Shown here: positions 50,791 to 62,986 of the stretch, in pieces | Numbering within the stretch: the stretch's first letter is position 1 | Layout of the letters: each line of letters opens with the position of its first letter | Source of the DNA: Anaerolineae bacterium | GTDB lineage: Bacteria; Chloroflexota; Anaerolineae; S140-20 | NCBI GenBank assembly: GCA_027021705.1 | Contig: JALUTT010000171.1 | Location: 15,745-79,744, forward strand | Reading direction: 5' to 3' | DNA: 64,000 bases | Made by a program: the position numbers and the translations under genes | The notes under the pieces: generated by a model | The model's input: only the letters and a program-made list of their open reading frames with translations | The model's database searches: none | Told to the model about the DNA's origin: nothing

Positions 50791-51828
50791 ATGGCTGCTA
50801 TCACGATGAAGGCCCTGTTGGAGACGGGGGTCCATTTCGGCCACCGCACGCGCCGATGGAACCCCAAGATGAAGCCCTACATCTTCACCGAGCGCAATGG
50901 GATTCACATCATTGACCTGCAGCAGACGATGGAAGCCCTCGACGAGGCCTACGCTGCTGTGCGCGATACGGTCGCCCAGGGGGGGATCATCCTCTTCGTG
51001 GGCACGAAGCGGCAGGCCAAGGATACCATCGCGGAGCAGGCCCAGCGGTGTGAGATGCCTTACGTGAACGAGCGCTGGTTGGGGGGAACGCTGACCAACT
51101 GGCGCACCATCCGACAGCGGATTGATCAGCTCATCGAACTGGAGGCGCGGCGCGACCGGGGGGAGTTCGACCGGCTAACCAAAAAAGAAGCCCTCCGCCT
51201 GGCCCGCAAGATCGAGAAGCTGAACCGGCGTCTGGGCGGCATCAAGCATATGGAACGGTTGCCCGATATGCTCTACATCGTAGACGTGCGCCGGGAGGCT
51301 ACAGCGGTCCGCGAGGCCAACTCTCTGGGGATCCCCATCGTCGCCCTCGTGGACACCAACTGCGATCCAGACCCCATTGACTACGTCATCCCCTCCAACG
51401 ACGATGCCATCCGCGCCATCAAGCTGCTCACCACCTATATCGCCGATGCCGTTTTGGAAGGGCTGGCGATGCGCAAGGAGTTCGCGCCGGAGCTGGCTGA
51501 AGAGGAGATGGTTCCCGAACTGGTCTACGCGGCTGAAGACGAACTCTACCTGGGTGAGGCCACCCTGGCTAAGCTGCGAGAGGGTGTTCTGGCCTTTGAA
51601 GAGGAAGTGGGGGACGAGGAGGTCCTCGAGTTGGAGGTAGCCTTCGAGTTGGAGGAGCCCCCTGTCGCCGCCGAGGTTGAGGTTGCTGCTCAGAACAGTG
51701 GGGAGGAATCAGCCGAGGTGACCAACGTGGAACCCGAGGAGGTGGGAGAAGCGGAAGAGGGAACGGCTCCCCAGGAGGCGGAGCCGTTCCTCGCCGATAA
51801 GACCAATGAAGAAGCCAACAAGGAGTAG
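50791..51828 (+). CDS. rpsB: 30S ribosomal protein S2 with an acidic C-terminal extension
   Basis: GVHFGH, WNPKM, RWLGG and DTNCDP. Confidence 0.97.
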   Translation: MAAITMKALLETGVHFGHRTRRWNPKMKPYIFTERNGIHIIDLQQTMEALDEAYAAVRDTVAQGGIILFVGTKRQAKDTIAEQAQRCEMPYVNERWLGGTLTNWRTIRQRIDQLIELEARRDRGEFDRLTKKEALRLARKIEKLNRRLGGIKHMERLPDMLYIVDVRREATAVREANSLGIPIVALVDTNCDPDPIDYVIPSNDDAIRAIKLLTTYIADAVLEGLAMRKEFAPELAEEEMVPELVYAAEDELYLGEATLAKLREGVLAFEEEVGDEEVLELEVAFELEEPPVAAEVEVAAQNSGEESAEVTNVEPEEVGEAEEGTAPQEAEPFLADKTNEEANKE

Positions 51829-51832
51829 AGCC

Positions 51833-53220
<1,388 letters not shown>

Positions 53221-53380
53221 GTCCGCGGAGGGCCGGTTGCCGATCGCCACGGTCCGCTGCCCGGCAGTAGCGTTGGTGAGGTGGGGCCGCCTGGGCCGGA
53301 CCGGTGGCCGATCTCTCGATCATCAGGCAACGTGGAAACGAGGCAAGGGGTGAGGCAGAGAGAGGAGGGAGAAGACGGGG

Positions 53381-53584
53381 CTGCCTACCACTGTTCTAAC
53401 TCAGGAGCAGACCAAAGAGCTACTTTGGCAAGTGCTTGTTGAGCTGCTTGAGGAACGGAGGTCTGAGTTTCACGAACTCACTATGGAAGCTATTGAGGAG
53501 GTCGCGCTTGCCAACGCCATTCGTGCGGGGCGGAATAACGAATTTGTTAGCGAAGACCAGATTCGAGCTGTATTGGAAGCATAG
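53381..53584 (+). pseudogene. Small antitoxin-like ORF lacking a canonical start
   Basis: Low-GC frame LPTTVLTQEQTKELL...EAIEEVALANAIRAG...FVSEDQI*, starting at CTG directly upstream of the RelE remnant. Confidence 0.6.
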
Positions 53585-53586
53585 GA

Positions 53587-53852
53587 ATGAAAGTCGCCTA
53601 TGAGGCTGCCTTTCTCCGTGATTTAAAGCGTGTCCGAAGCAAGAAGGTTCGCCGTCGGGTGTAAGGAGTTATGGAGACGGTCAAGAGAGCTTCTGCCCCG
53701 CACGAGATTGCGGGTCTGACCAAACTTCGTGGTTATGAGACATTCTACCGCATTCGCCTTGGGGATTATCGGGTAGGCGTCGAGATCGTTGGTGATACGG
53801 TGATCTTTGTTCGGTTTCTGACCGGCAGGACCTCTATCGCTACTTCCCGTAG
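53587..53852 (+). pseudogene. RelE/ParE-family toxin pseudogene
   Basis: MKVAYEAAFLRDLK... with an in-frame TAA at 53662, then KLRG..FYRIRLGDYRVG, and a 1-nt deletion before (H)RQDLYRYFP*. Confidence 0.85.
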
Positions 53853-53895
53853 CGAATTTCCATTCGAGGGAGTTTCCATTCGAAGGAGATCGCCG

Positions 53896-54453
53896 ATGAT
53901 TAAGGAGCTAATGCGCGAGACCGAGGGCAAGATGAAGAAAGCGGTCGAGGTTCTGGAAGCGGACCTGCGCACGCTGCGCACGGGACGGGCGTCGCCGGCG
54001 CTGGTCGAGCGGGTGATGGTGGACTATTACGGCACCCCCACACCGTTGAACCAACTGGCGACCATCTCGGCTCCAGAGCCTCAACTGCTCACCATTCGCC
54101 CCTACGATCCCCAGTCCCTGGCCGACATCGAACGGGCCATCCTGAAGTCGGAGTTGGGGTTGACCCCCAACAACGACGGCAAGATCATCCGTCTGGTGAT
54201 CCCCCGGCTGACGGAGGAGAGACGACGTGAACTGGTCCGGGTCGTCCGCAAGCGCGTTGAGGAAGGGCGGGTCGCCATCCGCAACATCCGCCGTGATGCC
54301 CTGGAGGACCTGCGGGAGTTCGAAAAGGAGAAGCTGATCAGCGAGGACGACTTCTACCGGGCCAAGGATGACCTCCAGGAGTTGACAGATCGGTACATCG
54401 AGCAGATGGAGGAAGTAGGGCAGCGCAAGGAAGAAGAGATCATGTCCATCTGA
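53896..54453 (+). CDS. frr: Ribosome recycling factor
   Basis: [21 protein letters not shown] and RNIRR. Confidence 0.97.
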   Translation: MIKELMRETEGKMKKAVEVLEADLRTLRTGRASPALVERVMVDYYGTPTPLNQLATISAPEPQLLTIRPYDPQSLADIERAILKSELGLTPNNDGKIIRLVIPRLTEERRRELVRVVRKRVEEGRVAIRNIRRDALEDLREFEKEKLISEDDFYRAKDDLQELTDRYIEQMEEVGQRKEEEIMSI

Positions 54454-54484
54454 GGCTGGTCTTCGACCAGCCTGGGGTGCCGGG

Positions 54485-55264
54485 ATGGGAGGGAGTACGG
54501 TGGTGGTTTCTCCTGTGCGGGATCGTGTATCCCTGAACTCACGGAATGCCAAGAGACGAGAGGGCCTGCCCTGGCAGGTGCCCTATCACCTGGCCATCAT
54601 TATGGATGGCAATGGGCGGTGGGCCCAGGAGCGAGGATTGCCCCGTCTGGCCGGCCACCGGGCGGGCACGGAGAACCTGCGCCGTATCCTGCGGGCCTGC
54701 GTGGACTTTGGCATCAAGATCCTGACCATCTACGCCTTCTCCACGGAGAATTGGGGACGCCCGGAGCCAGAGGTGCGGGGGCTAATGAGCATCCTGGAGC
54801 GGGTGATAGATCGGGAACTGGCCGACTTGGACCGGAACGGGGTGCGCATCCGCCACCTGGGCCGATTAGAAGGCATCTCCCCCCGTCTCCAGCAGAAGAT
54901 CCGCTACGCCATCGAGAAGACGGCTCACAACGACCGGCTGATCCTCAACGTCGCCTTCAACTACGGTGGGCGGGCTGAGATCCTGGATGCTGTGCGCCGG
55001 ATCATCCGGGAGGGCATTCCGGCCGAGCGGGTGGACGAGGCCCTCTTCAGCCGGTACCTCTACACGGCGGGGCTGCCGGACCCGGACCTGATCGTGCGGA
55101 CCAGCGGCGAGGTGCGCATCAGCAACTTCCTGCTGTGGCAGGGAGCCTACGCCGAGTACTACGCAACCCCGACCTACTGGCCCGACTTCGATAAGGAGGA
55201 GCTGCGCAAGGCGATCGAGCACTATAGCCGACGGGAGCGACGCTTTGGCCGGCTCCGCCAATAA
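54485..55264 (+). CDS. uppS: Undecaprenyl diphosphate synthase
   Basis: [21 protein letters not shown] and [14 protein letters not shown]. Start uncertain. Confidence 0.95.
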   Translation: MGGSTVVVSPVRDRVSLNSRNAKRREGLPWQVPYHLAIIMDGNGRWAQERGLPRLAGHRAGTENLRRILRACVDFGIKILTIYAFSTENWGRPEPEVRGLMSILERVIDRELADLDRNGVRIRHLGRLEGISPRLQQKIRYAIEKTAHNDRLILNVAFNYGGRAEILDAVRRIIREGIPAERVDEALFSRYLYTAGLPDPDLIVRTSGEVRISNFLLWQGAYAEYYATPTYWPDFDKEELRKAIEHYSRRERRFGRLRQ

Positions 55265-55416
55265 CCCGCAAGCCCTCAGTCCACCTCTCCTCTGCTCTGG
55301 TCGGGCGAGCCACCCGGCGAGCCAGGTAGGTGGTGGCTCGGCCTGGGGCCAGATCATGCTCCGTGCGCTGGCTTCCCCTGGGTGATTGAAGACCGTAAAA
55401 CCGCTTGAGAGCGTCT

Positions 55417-56208
55417 GTGCTGCGTAAACGGGTCCTCAGTGCGTTGATCTTGGGTCCCCTGGTCCTGGGGATCGTTGTGGCCGGCCCCCTCTGGTTTGCC
55501 GGATTGGTCTCCCTGGCCGTGCTCATCGCGGCCTGGGAGTACGCCCGGCTGATGGAGCGAGGGGGCTTTCGTCTTTCCCTTCTGTGGACGTGGGGCAGCA
55601 GCTTGGTGGGGCTGGCCATCGTGGGGTGGCCGGGATGGGATGGCCTACGCCCGGCCCTCACCTTCCTGCTGATGGGGTCCATCACCAGGCAGATGGTCCG
55701 ACGGGACCGACCGGCTCCGGTGGCCGAGTGGGCACTGACCGTGGGAGGGGGGCTCTACCTGGGGCTGCTGGGGGGCCACCTGGCCGCCCTACGGGCCACG
55801 GAACAGGGGCTGTTTTGGTTGCTCCTGCTGCTCTTGGTGACCTGGGCCGTGGACAGCGGGGCCTACTTCGTCGGCTCGGCGTGGGGGCGGCACAAGATCG
55901 CCCCTCACCTCAGCCCCGGCAAGAGCTGGGAGGGATTCTGGGGCGGGGAGGTATCGGGCGTCGGGGTGGGAGCGCTATTGGGGCACTTCCTGGGCGTCGG
56001 CCTGACCCACGGGCTGGCAGTAGGCGTGCTCGTCGCCACGCTGGGCCTTTTGGGGGACCTGGCCGTCTCGATGATGAAGCGCCAAGCAGGGGTCAAGGAC
56101 TCGGGCCACCTGATCCCCGGGCACGGGGGGATGCTGGACCGGATAGACAGCCTGCTCTTCGCCGGTGTGGTCGGCTACTACTACGTCCTGTGGGTTGTGG
56201 GGGCGTAA
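55417..56208 (+). CDS. cdsA: Phosphatidate cytidylyltransferase
   Basis: SPGKSWEG and KDSGHLIPGHGGMLDRIDS. Confidence 0.95.
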   Translation: MLRKRVLSALILGPLVLGIVVAGPLWFAGLVSLAVLIAAWEYARLMERGGFRLSLLWTWGSSLVGLAIVGWPGWDGLRPALTFLLMGSITRQMVRRDRPAPVAEWALTVGGGLYLGLLGGHLAALRATEQGLFWLLLLLLVTWAVDSGAYFVGSAWGRHKIAPHLSPGKSWEGFWGGEVSGVGVGALLGHFLGVGLTHGLAVGVLVATLGLLGDLAVSMMKRQAGVKDSGHLIPGHGGMLDRIDSLLFAGVVGYYYVLWVVGA

Positions 56209-56221
56209 GGAATCAGGCTAT

Positions 56222-56375
56222 GGAAAGCCCTCCTACGGGGGTGGGGTGGAGTGTAGGAGGCCCTGCCAGGGCCGAGGTCGGGCTTGGGAGGTCGGGCTTG
56301 GAAAGCCCTCCTACGATAGGTCTCCTACGAGGGCGAGGTGGGGTGTAGAAGGCCCTTCCAGGGCCGAGGTCGGGG
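56222..56375. repeat. REP-like repeats, two direct units
   Basis: GGAAAGCCCTCCTACG...GTGTAG(G/A)AGGCCCT.CCAGGGCCGAGGTCGGG, twice. Confidence 0.75.
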
Positions 56376-56402
56376 TCTGACCAATTCTTGATGAGGAGTG
56401 AG

Positions 56403-57425
56403 ATGATGAACGGACACAGCACGGTGATTACCATCGAACGGCACATCCTGGACCAGGAGCGAGCCCACCCCGAAGCGACGGGCGTGCTGACCAACCTGCT
56501 GTACGATATGGCCCTGGCGGCCAAGGTTATCGCCCGGGAGACGACGCGGGCCGGCCTGGCGAAGGTACTGGGGGAAGCAGGTCTGGTCAACGTCCAGGGG
56601 GAGCGGGTGATGAAGCTGGACCTCTTCGCCAACCGAACGATCATCCGCCTGAACGATCACACCGGGCGTCTGGCGGTGATGGCCTCGGAAGAGGAGGAGG
56701 ACGTCATCCCCATCCCCGAGCGCTATCCGGTGGGCAAGTACGTGCTCCTCTTCGACCCGCTGGATGGTTCCTCGAACATTGACTACAACGTCAGCATCGG
56801 GACGATCTTCGCCATCTACCGGCGCAAGAGCCCTGATGGGCCGGGACGGCTGGAGGACTGCCTGCAGAAGGGACAGGATCTGGTGGCCGCCGGCTACGTC
56901 ATCTACGGGTCCAGCACGATGCTGGTCTACAGCACGGGCAACGGGGTCCATGGCTTCACCCTGGACCCCAGCCTTGGGGAGTTCCTGCTTTCACACCCCA
57001 ATATCCGCATCCCGGAGACGCCCAAATACTACAGCGTGAACCAGGGGTACGAGCCTCACTGGAGCGAGGGGGTACGGCGCTTCACCGCCTGGTTGCAGGG
57101 GCGGGAGGAGCCGAAGCGCAAGCCCCTCTCCCTGCGCTACATCGGTTCGCTGGTGGCCGATTTCCACCGTAACCTCCTGGCCGGAGGCGTCTTCTACTAC
57201 CCGGCGGAGGCGAGGAAGCCCCAGGGCAAGTTGCGGCTGGCCTACGAGGCCATTCCCCTGGCCTTCATTGCCGAGCAGGCGGGAGGCTACGCCTCGGACG
57301 GGCACCGGAACATTCTGGACATCCAGCCCACCACGTTGCACCAGCGCACCCCCCTCTTCATCGGCAGCCGGGACCTGGTGGAGATGGCGGAGCGGTTCAT
57401 CCAGCAGTACGACGATGGGGCGTAG
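56403..57425 (+). CDS. fbp: Class 1 fructose-1,6-bisphosphatase
   Basis: [21 protein letters not shown] and GKLRL.YE. Confidence 0.95.
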   Translation: MMNGHSTVITIERHILDQERAHPEATGVLTNLLYDMALAAKVIARETTRAGLAKVLGEAGLVNVQGERVMKLDLFANRTIIRLNDHTGRLAVMASEEEEDVIPIPERYPVGKYVLLFDPLDGSSNIDYNVSIGTIFAIYRRKSPDGPGRLEDCLQKGQDLVAAGYVIYGSSTMLVYSTGNGVHGFTLDPSLGEFLLSHPNIRIPETPKYYSVNQGYEPHWSEGVRRFTAWLQGREEPKRKPLSLRYIGSLVADFHRNLLAGGVFYYPAEARKPQGKLRLAYEAIPLAFIAEQAGGYASDGHRNILDIQPTTLHQRTPLFIGSRDLVEMAERFIQQYDDGA

Positions 57426-57512
57426 TGGATGGGGTGTAGTGGAGGGAGGCCGGCGGCCTATTGGCGGGGTATGGAGTACGACATTAGGCCGCCGCTCGCC
57501 GCCCCCATCCCA

Positions 57513-57860
57513 TCAGCGACCCCCACCCACCCTTGCCAACACCGCGAGGAACAAACACACTCCAGCCAGGCCCAACAGCATCCCGACTATCGCCGTATCC
57601 CTCCGCCGACGTCTCCCTAACAGCCCGGCCGCCCCAAGCATCGCTCCCAACAGCCCTAGGAACCCGCTGCTTGCCCCACATACGTACAGTACCGTCCCCG
57701 CAATCGGCAGCCAGCCTTGCTCCAACCCCACCAATGTGCACAACCCTATCCCGAATACCAGCGAGACCGATATGATCCCCAGGATCAGGCTCGCCGTTCC
57801 CAACGTATTCGGACCTGGCGGTAACGATCTTGATGGCGGTGATTGCAGCGGTGTCGCCAT
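57513..57860 (-). CDS. Small membrane protein (DUF4190-like)
   Basis: Pro-rich N-terminus, ASLILGIIS and AIVG..LG. GGAGG RBS. Confidence 0.65.
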   Translation of the reverse strand: MATPLQSPPSRSLPPGPNTLGTASLILGIISVSLVFGIGLCTLVGLEQGWLPIAGTVLYVCGASSGFLGLLGAMLGAAGLLGRRRRRDTAIVGMLLGLAGVCLFLAVLARVGGGR

Positions 57861-58133
57861 CCGCGTACCTCCCTTCTCTCCCCAAGGCCTAACGGCTCGC
57901 TTAGGCCATCCTGCGCAGTCAAGGGGCGAAGCGGTCGAGGTGCTCAATGCGACAACGTCTTTGAATTTGGCCTATGATAGCGTGCTTCGGCTGCTTTGTC
58001 AAGCAAAGCCCAAATCGGTTGGGTCATCCCCTCTCGAAGCATCCCTCTCCGATCAATCCGCCGCAGCCAATAGACGCACGCCTCCAGCGGGAGTCCTTCT
58101 CTGCCGCCGAGACGCCGAGGGGCTAGAGAGCAA

Positions 58134-58189
58134 AATCGCGCAAGATCGCGCAGAAAGGACTTGACAGATTGCGCGGTTTGCGTTAGAAT
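58134..58189 (+). promoter_or_regulatory. Promoter with probable DeoR operator repeats
   Basis: TTGACA-17-TAGAAT. ATCGCGCA twice upstream and TTGCGCGGTT in the spacer. Confidence 0.65.
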
Positions 58190-58234
58190 GGGACAACCTT
58201 GCCAGGACAGGCCCCTCGGAGAACAGGGGAGACG

Positions 58235-58984
58235 ATGCTAACCGCCGAACGACGCCAGGCGATCCTGCAACTCCTGCGGGAGTCCGGCGTGGTGCGTGTA
58301 CCGGAGCTGAGCCACCGCTTCCACGTCAGCGAGTCCACCATCCGCCGAGACCTGGAGTACCTGGCCGAGCAGGGGTGGGCCCGCCGTACCTACGGCGGTG
58401 CCGTGGCCGTCCGCAACGGAGAGAAGCCCTCCCCTCCTCAGACGGGAGACGCCGAGGCCGAGGCCATCGGGCGCACCGCCGCCTCCCTCATCCGGCCCGG
58501 CGAGACGATCTTCCTGGGAGCCGGCCCCCTCATCGAAGCCCTCATCCCCCACCTGGCCGAAGCCCAAGACCTGACGGTGGTCACCAACGGGCTGGAGACC
58601 GCCCACCGCCTGGCCCGGGAGACCCCGGTCACGCTCATCGTGGCCGGCGGACAGGTGGAACGACCGGCGATGGCGCTGACCGGCCACCTGACCGAAGCGG
58701 CCCTGACGGAACTGCGGGCCGACAAGGTCTTCCTGGAGGTGGACGGCATCAGCCCCCTCGAAGGCGTCACCGTGGAAGACCTCCACCAGGCCTCGGTCGT
58801 CCGCACACTGCTGAACCTGCCGGCCGAGGTGACCGTCCTGGTCCGGGCCGAGCGGCTGGGGCGGGTGGGGCCGGCCTGGGTCGCCCCGGTGGACGCGGTG
58901 GACCAACTGGTGACCGGCCGGGCCGCGCCCACGGCGGTCCTCTGGGACCTGAGCGAACAGGGGCTCCGAATCGTCCTGGCCTGA
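58235..58984 (+). CDS. DeoR/GlpR family transcriptional regulator
   Basis: VSESTIRRDL...RTYGGA and VVTN. Confidence 0.92.
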   Translation: MLTAERRQAILQLLRESGVVRVPELSHRFHVSESTIRRDLEYLAEQGWARRTYGGAVAVRNGEKPSPPQTGDAEAEAIGRTAASLIRPGETIFLGAGPLIEALIPHLAEAQDLTVVTNGLETAHRLARETPVTLIVAGGQVERPAMALTGHLTEAALTELRADKVFLEVDGISPLEGVTVEDLHQASVVRTLLNLPAEVTVLVRAERLGRVGPAWVAPVDAVDQLVTGRAAPTAVLWDLSEQGLRIVLA

Positions 58985-59035
58985 TGCAACCGGCAATCCG
59001 TAACCCGTAACCCGCAACACGGAAGGAGAGCACCT

Positions 59036-60136
59036 ATGGCCAGTGTGACCTACGAACACGTCTGGAAGCGCTTTGGGGACGTCGTCGCCGTGCGGGACCT
59101 GGACATCCACATCGAGGACAAGGAGTTCCTGGTCTTCGTCGGCCCCTCCGGCTGCGGCAAGACGACCAGCCTGCGGCTGCTGGCCGGCCTGGAGGAGATC
59201 ACCGAAGGGAACATCTACATCGGGGACCGGCTGGTCAACGACGTTCCGCCCAAGGACCGGGACATCGCTATGGTCTTCCAGTCCTACGCCCTCTACCCCC
59301 ACATGTCGGTCTACGACAACATGGCCTTCGGGCTGAAGCTGCGCAAGACGCCGAAGGACGAGATTGACCGACGGGTGCGGGAGGCGGCCCGCATCCTGGG
59401 GATCGAGAACCTGCTGGACCGGAAGCCCAAGCAGCTCTCCGGCGGTCAGCGCCAGCGCGTCGCCGTCGGGCGGGCCATCGTCCGGGAGCCGGCCGTCTTC
59501 CTGATGGACGAGCCCCTCTCCAACCTGGACGCCAAGCTGCGGGTCCAGGCCCGGGCCGAGATCTCCAAGCTCCACCAGCGGCTGGGCACCACCTTCATCT
59601 ACGTGACCCACGACCAGGTGGAGGCGATGACGATGGGCACCCGCATCGCCGTGATGAACGCCGGCGTCCTGCAGCAGATTGACACGCCCCAGAACCTGTA
59701 CGACTACCCGGCCAACATCTTCGTCGCCGGCTTCATCGGCAGCCCCAGTATGAACTTCTTCAACGCCACCCTCGTCCTGGAGGACAGCACCCTGTGGGTG
59801 GACACCGGCGTCTTCCGGGTCAAGGTGCCCGAGGACCGGGTGGCCGTCTACAAGCCCTACGTCGGCAAGCAGGTGGTCTTCGGCATCCGCCCCGAGGACA
59901 TCCACGACCCCGAGTACGCGCCGCCGGGCATCCAGGCCGCTCCCGTCGAGGGGCAGGTGGACGTGACGGAGCTGATGGGCAACGAGGTCATCGTCTACCT
60001 GGTGGCCGGGGAGCACCAGTTCCTGGCCCGCGTGGACCCGCGCACCAAGTTCCGGGTGGGCAATCAGGTCCAGGTGGTCTTCAACATGGACAACATGCAC
60101 CTCTTCGACAGAGAGACCGAAGCGGCGATCCGCTAA
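59036..60136 (+). CDS. ugpC: Carbohydrate ABC transporter ATP-binding protein (MalK/UgpC/MsmX type)
   Basis: GPSGCGKT, VFQSYALYPHM, LSGGQRQR, DEPLSNLDAKLR and a TOBE C-terminus. Confidence 0.92.
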   Translation: MASVTYEHVWKRFGDVVAVRDLDIHIEDKEFLVFVGPSGCGKTTSLRLLAGLEEITEGNIYIGDRLVNDVPPKDRDIAMVFQSYALYPHMSVYDNMAFGLKLRKTPKDEIDRRVREAARILGIENLLDRKPKQLSGGQRQRVAVGRAIVREPAVFLMDEPLSNLDAKLRVQARAEISKLHQRLGTTFIYVTHDQVEAMTMGTRIAVMNAGVLQQIDTPQNLYDYPANIFVAGFIGSPSMNFFNATLVLEDSTLWVDTGVFRVKVPEDRVAVYKPYVGKQVVFGIRPEDIHDPEYAPPGIQAAPVEGQVDVTELMGNEVIVYLVAGEHQFLARVDPRTKFRVGNQVQVVFNMDNMHLFDRETEAAIR

Positions 60137-60218
60137 GAGGGTGCCCACCGGGGGCCTCATCGGAGGCCCCTTGATTTTGCGCCCTTGGCCCCCACGGAAG
60201 CCACGAAAGGAGCCCTCG

Positions 60219-61427
60219 ATGGACCATCTCGACCTGCTGAGCAGCCTGACCGTGGAAAGCCACCGGAAGATGATCCTCCTCGTCCTGGACGGACTGGGGG
60301 GGATGCCCCGCCCCGAAGACGGCCAAACCGAGCTGGAGGCCGCCCACACGCCCCATATGGACCGGCTGGCCCGCGAGGGGATCACCGGCCTCAGCATCCC
60401 CATCCGACGGGGGATCACGCCGGGCAGCGGGCCGGCCCACCTGGCCCTCTTCGGCTACGATCCCCTCCGGTACGAGGTGGGGCGCGGGGTGCTGGCCGCC
60501 CTGGGCATCGGCTTCGAGCTGCAGCCCCAGGACGTGGCCGCCCGGGGGAACTTCTGCACCGTGGACGAGCGGGGGATCATCGTGGACCGCCGGGCGGGCC
60601 GCATCCCCAGCGAGGTCGGCGCCGAGCTCTGCCGGCGGCTGGACACCATCGAAGTGCCCGGCGTCGAGACCTTCGTCCGCCCGGTCAAGGAGTACCGCTT
60701 CGTCCTCGTCCTGCGGGGGCTGGGCCTCTCCCCCGCCATCGCCGACACGGACCCCCAGCAGGTGGGCTACCCCCCGCTCCCGGCCACGGCCGAGAAGCCG
60801 GAGGCCCGCCACACCGCCGACCTGGTCAACCGCTGGATCGCCCAGGCCCGCCGGCTCCTGGCCGACAGCCACCCGGCCAACATGGTCCTGCTGCGGGGCT
60901 TCGCCCAGGACCCCAACCTGCCCAAGATGCCCGACCTCTACAAGCTGCGGGCGGCCGCCGTGGCCGTCTACCCCATGTACCGGGGCGTCGCCCGCCTGGT
61001 CGGTATGGAGCTCCTGGAGACCGGCGACCCGGTCCGCCGCGAGTTCCAGACGGTGGCCGACCACTGGGCCGACTACGACTTCTTCTTCGTCCACGTCAAG
61101 CCGACGGACAGCCGGGGCGAGGATGGGGATTTCGAGGCCAAGAAGGCGGTCATCGAGGCGGTGGACGAGGCCCTGCCCATCCTGCTGGACCTGGAGCCGG
61201 CGGTGCTGGTGATCACCGGCGACCACTCCACCCCCTCCCAGCTCCGCAGCCACAGTTGGCACCCGGTGCCGCTCCTGCTGTGGGCCCCGGCGACCGTCCG
61301 CCCGGACCGCGTGACCGCCTTCGGCGAATCGGCCTGCGCCCAGGGCGGCCTGGGCCACTTCTACGCCCAGGACCTGATGGCGCTGATGCTGGCCCACGCC
61401 GGCCGGCTGTCCAAATACGGTGCCTAG
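60219..61427 (+). CDS. apgM: 2,3-bisphosphoglycerate-independent phosphoglycerate mutase (ApgM type)
   Basis: LDGLGG, TELEAA.TP, PGSGPAHL, GDHSTP and HSWHPVP. Confidence 0.92.
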   Translation: MDHLDLLSSLTVESHRKMILLVLDGLGGMPRPEDGQTELEAAHTPHMDRLAREGITGLSIPIRRGITPGSGPAHLALFGYDPLRYEVGRGVLAALGIGFELQPQDVAARGNFCTVDERGIIVDRRAGRIPSEVGAELCRRLDTIEVPGVETFVRPVKEYRFVLVLRGLGLSPAIADTDPQQVGYPPLPATAEKPEARHTADLVNRWIAQARRLLADSHPANMVLLRGFAQDPNLPKMPDLYKLRAAAVAVYPMYRGVARLVGMELLETGDPVRREFQTVADHWADYDFFFVHVKPTDSRGEDGDFEAKKAVIEAVDEALPILLDLEPAVLVITGDHSTPSQLRSHSWHPVPLLLWAPATVRPDRVTAFGESACAQGGLGHFYAQDLMALMLAHAGRLSKYGA

Positions 61428-61502
61428 ACCTCGACGGCGGGCAGCAGGGAGTGGGCGACGGCTGCTCCCTGCTGCCCGCTTCACGGTAGCGGGAGGAGTT
61501 CG

Positions 61503-62087
61503 ATGGATCTCCGTGCGCTTCTGCCGGTCATCCTGCTGACCTTGGCCCTGTCGGCCTGCGGGGGAGCCGCCCCAACGCCGACGGCCCCCTCACCGCCCCG
61601 GCCCCCGGCCCCTTCGGCGTCCTTCGCCCTCACCAGCACCGCCTTCGAGCCCGAGGGCCCGATCCCGGAACGCTACGGCCATTTCCGCGACGATGTCTCG
61701 CCCCCCCTCGCCTGGGAGAGCCCGCCCCAGGGCACCCGGAGCCTGGTCCTCTTCCTGGAGGACTGGGACGCTCCCGGCGGCCTCTTCGTCCACTGGGTCC
61801 TCTACGACATCCCCCCCACCGCCTCGGGGCTGCCGGAGGGGGTGCCCCGGGACCCGGAGCTCTCCGACGGCTCCCGGCAGGGGAAGAACAGCGCCGGCAG
61901 CCTCGGCTACATCGGCCCCTACCCGCCGCCCGGGGAGACCCACCGCTACACCTTCGTCCTCTACGCCCTGGACACCCGCCTGGACCTGCCCGCCGGCGTG
62001 ACCCGGGAGCAGGTCCTGAAGGCGATGGAGGGCCACGTCCTGGCCCAGGCGACGTTGGTGGGAACCTACCGGAGCGTGCAGCCCTAG
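61503..62087 (+). CDS. YbhB/YbcL (PEBP) family lipoprotein
   Basis: Lipobox LSAC, SPPLAW, DAP, HWV, GP.PP.G.HRY and YALD. Confidence 0.9.
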   Translation: MDLRALLPVILLTLALSACGGAAPTPTAPSPPRPPAPSASFALTSTAFEPEGPIPERYGHFRDDVSPPLAWESPPQGTRSLVLFLEDWDAPGGLFVHWVLYDIPPTASGLPEGVPRDPELSDGSRQGKNSAGSLGYIGPYPPPGETHRYTFVLYALDTRLDLPAGVTREQVLKAMEGHVLAQATLVGTYRSVQP

Positions 62088-62307
62088 GGAACCCTCCCGC
62101 AGGTCCTTCCCACGGCCCAAAGCGCGTCGTAGGCCGCTGCCGGGAAGCCGTTGCCATCGCCGAATACCTTGGGACCTGCGGGAGGGTGATCTCCCGCAGG
62201 TTCTGTCTTGACCGAGAGGGCAAGGACGAGTACAATAGGGGCCATCGCAAGACCTCGCGTCTTTCGGGTAGTTGTTCCGGCGTTCAGACAGGAAGGAGTG
62301 GAAGAGC

Positions 62308-62760
62308 ATGTTGCCCACGGAGGTGTTGGAGCGTGTTTCCATCTTTGCCGGCCTCTCCCAGGAGGAGTTGCAGCAGGTCGCGGCCCTCTCCCGCCCCGTG
62401 CAGTACAATCGCGGGGACGTGGTCCTTCGGGAAGGCGAGGCCAGCAACGAGCTGTACGTCATCGGCAAGGGGATGGTGGAGATCGTGTTGGGGGCCGGGG
62501 ACCAGGACGCCCGCCCGGTGCTGAACCTGGGGACCGGCCAGGTGTTCGGCGAGATGGCCCTGGTGGACCGGGGGGCCCGTTCGGCGACGGTGCGGGCGAC
62601 GACCGACGAGACCGTCCTCTACGCCATCCCCAGCGACGCCCTGCTCCGGCTCTGTGAGGAGAACACCCACATCGGCTTCGTGATGATGCGCAACCTGGCG
62701 GCCGAGCTTTCCCTCAAGATCCGCCTGCGCAACATCGCCGATCGGATGGGCGCCGGCTGA
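62308..62760 (+). CDS. Stand-alone cyclic-nucleotide-binding domain protein
   Basis: FGEMAL...RSATV with no HTH domain. Confidence 0.88.
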   Translation: MLPTEVLERVSIFAGLSQEELQQVAALSRPVQYNRGDVVLREGEASNELYVIGKGMVEIVLGAGDQDARPVLNLGTGQVFGEMALVDRGARSATVRATTDETVLYAIPSDALLRLCEENTHIGFVMMRNLAAELSLKIRLRNIADRMGAG

Positions 62761-62782
62761 GGGAGAAGAGGAGGGGCGCAGG

Positions 62783-62986
62783 ATGATCTACAAAGTCAGC
62801 TACCTGGTCGTGGAAGCGGACCACCCGGGGGCCGTGCTGGACCAGGAGAAAGCGCCGGAGGTGGGGGACCGGGTGCAGTTGGGCGACCGGGTCTTCGAGG
62901 TCCTGGAGGTCGAGGAGTTGATCCCCCCGATGGGGGAGTTCAGCTTCCTCCACGTCACCTGCCGGCCGGTGGAGGATGAGCAATAG
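62783..62986 (+). CDS. Small hypothetical protein
   Basis: GAGGAGG RBS, 67 aa, host-like codon usage. Confidence 0.7.
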   Translation: MIYKVSYLVVEADHPGAVLDQEKAPEVGDRVQLGDRVFEVLEVEELIPPMGEFSFLHVTCRPVEDEQ

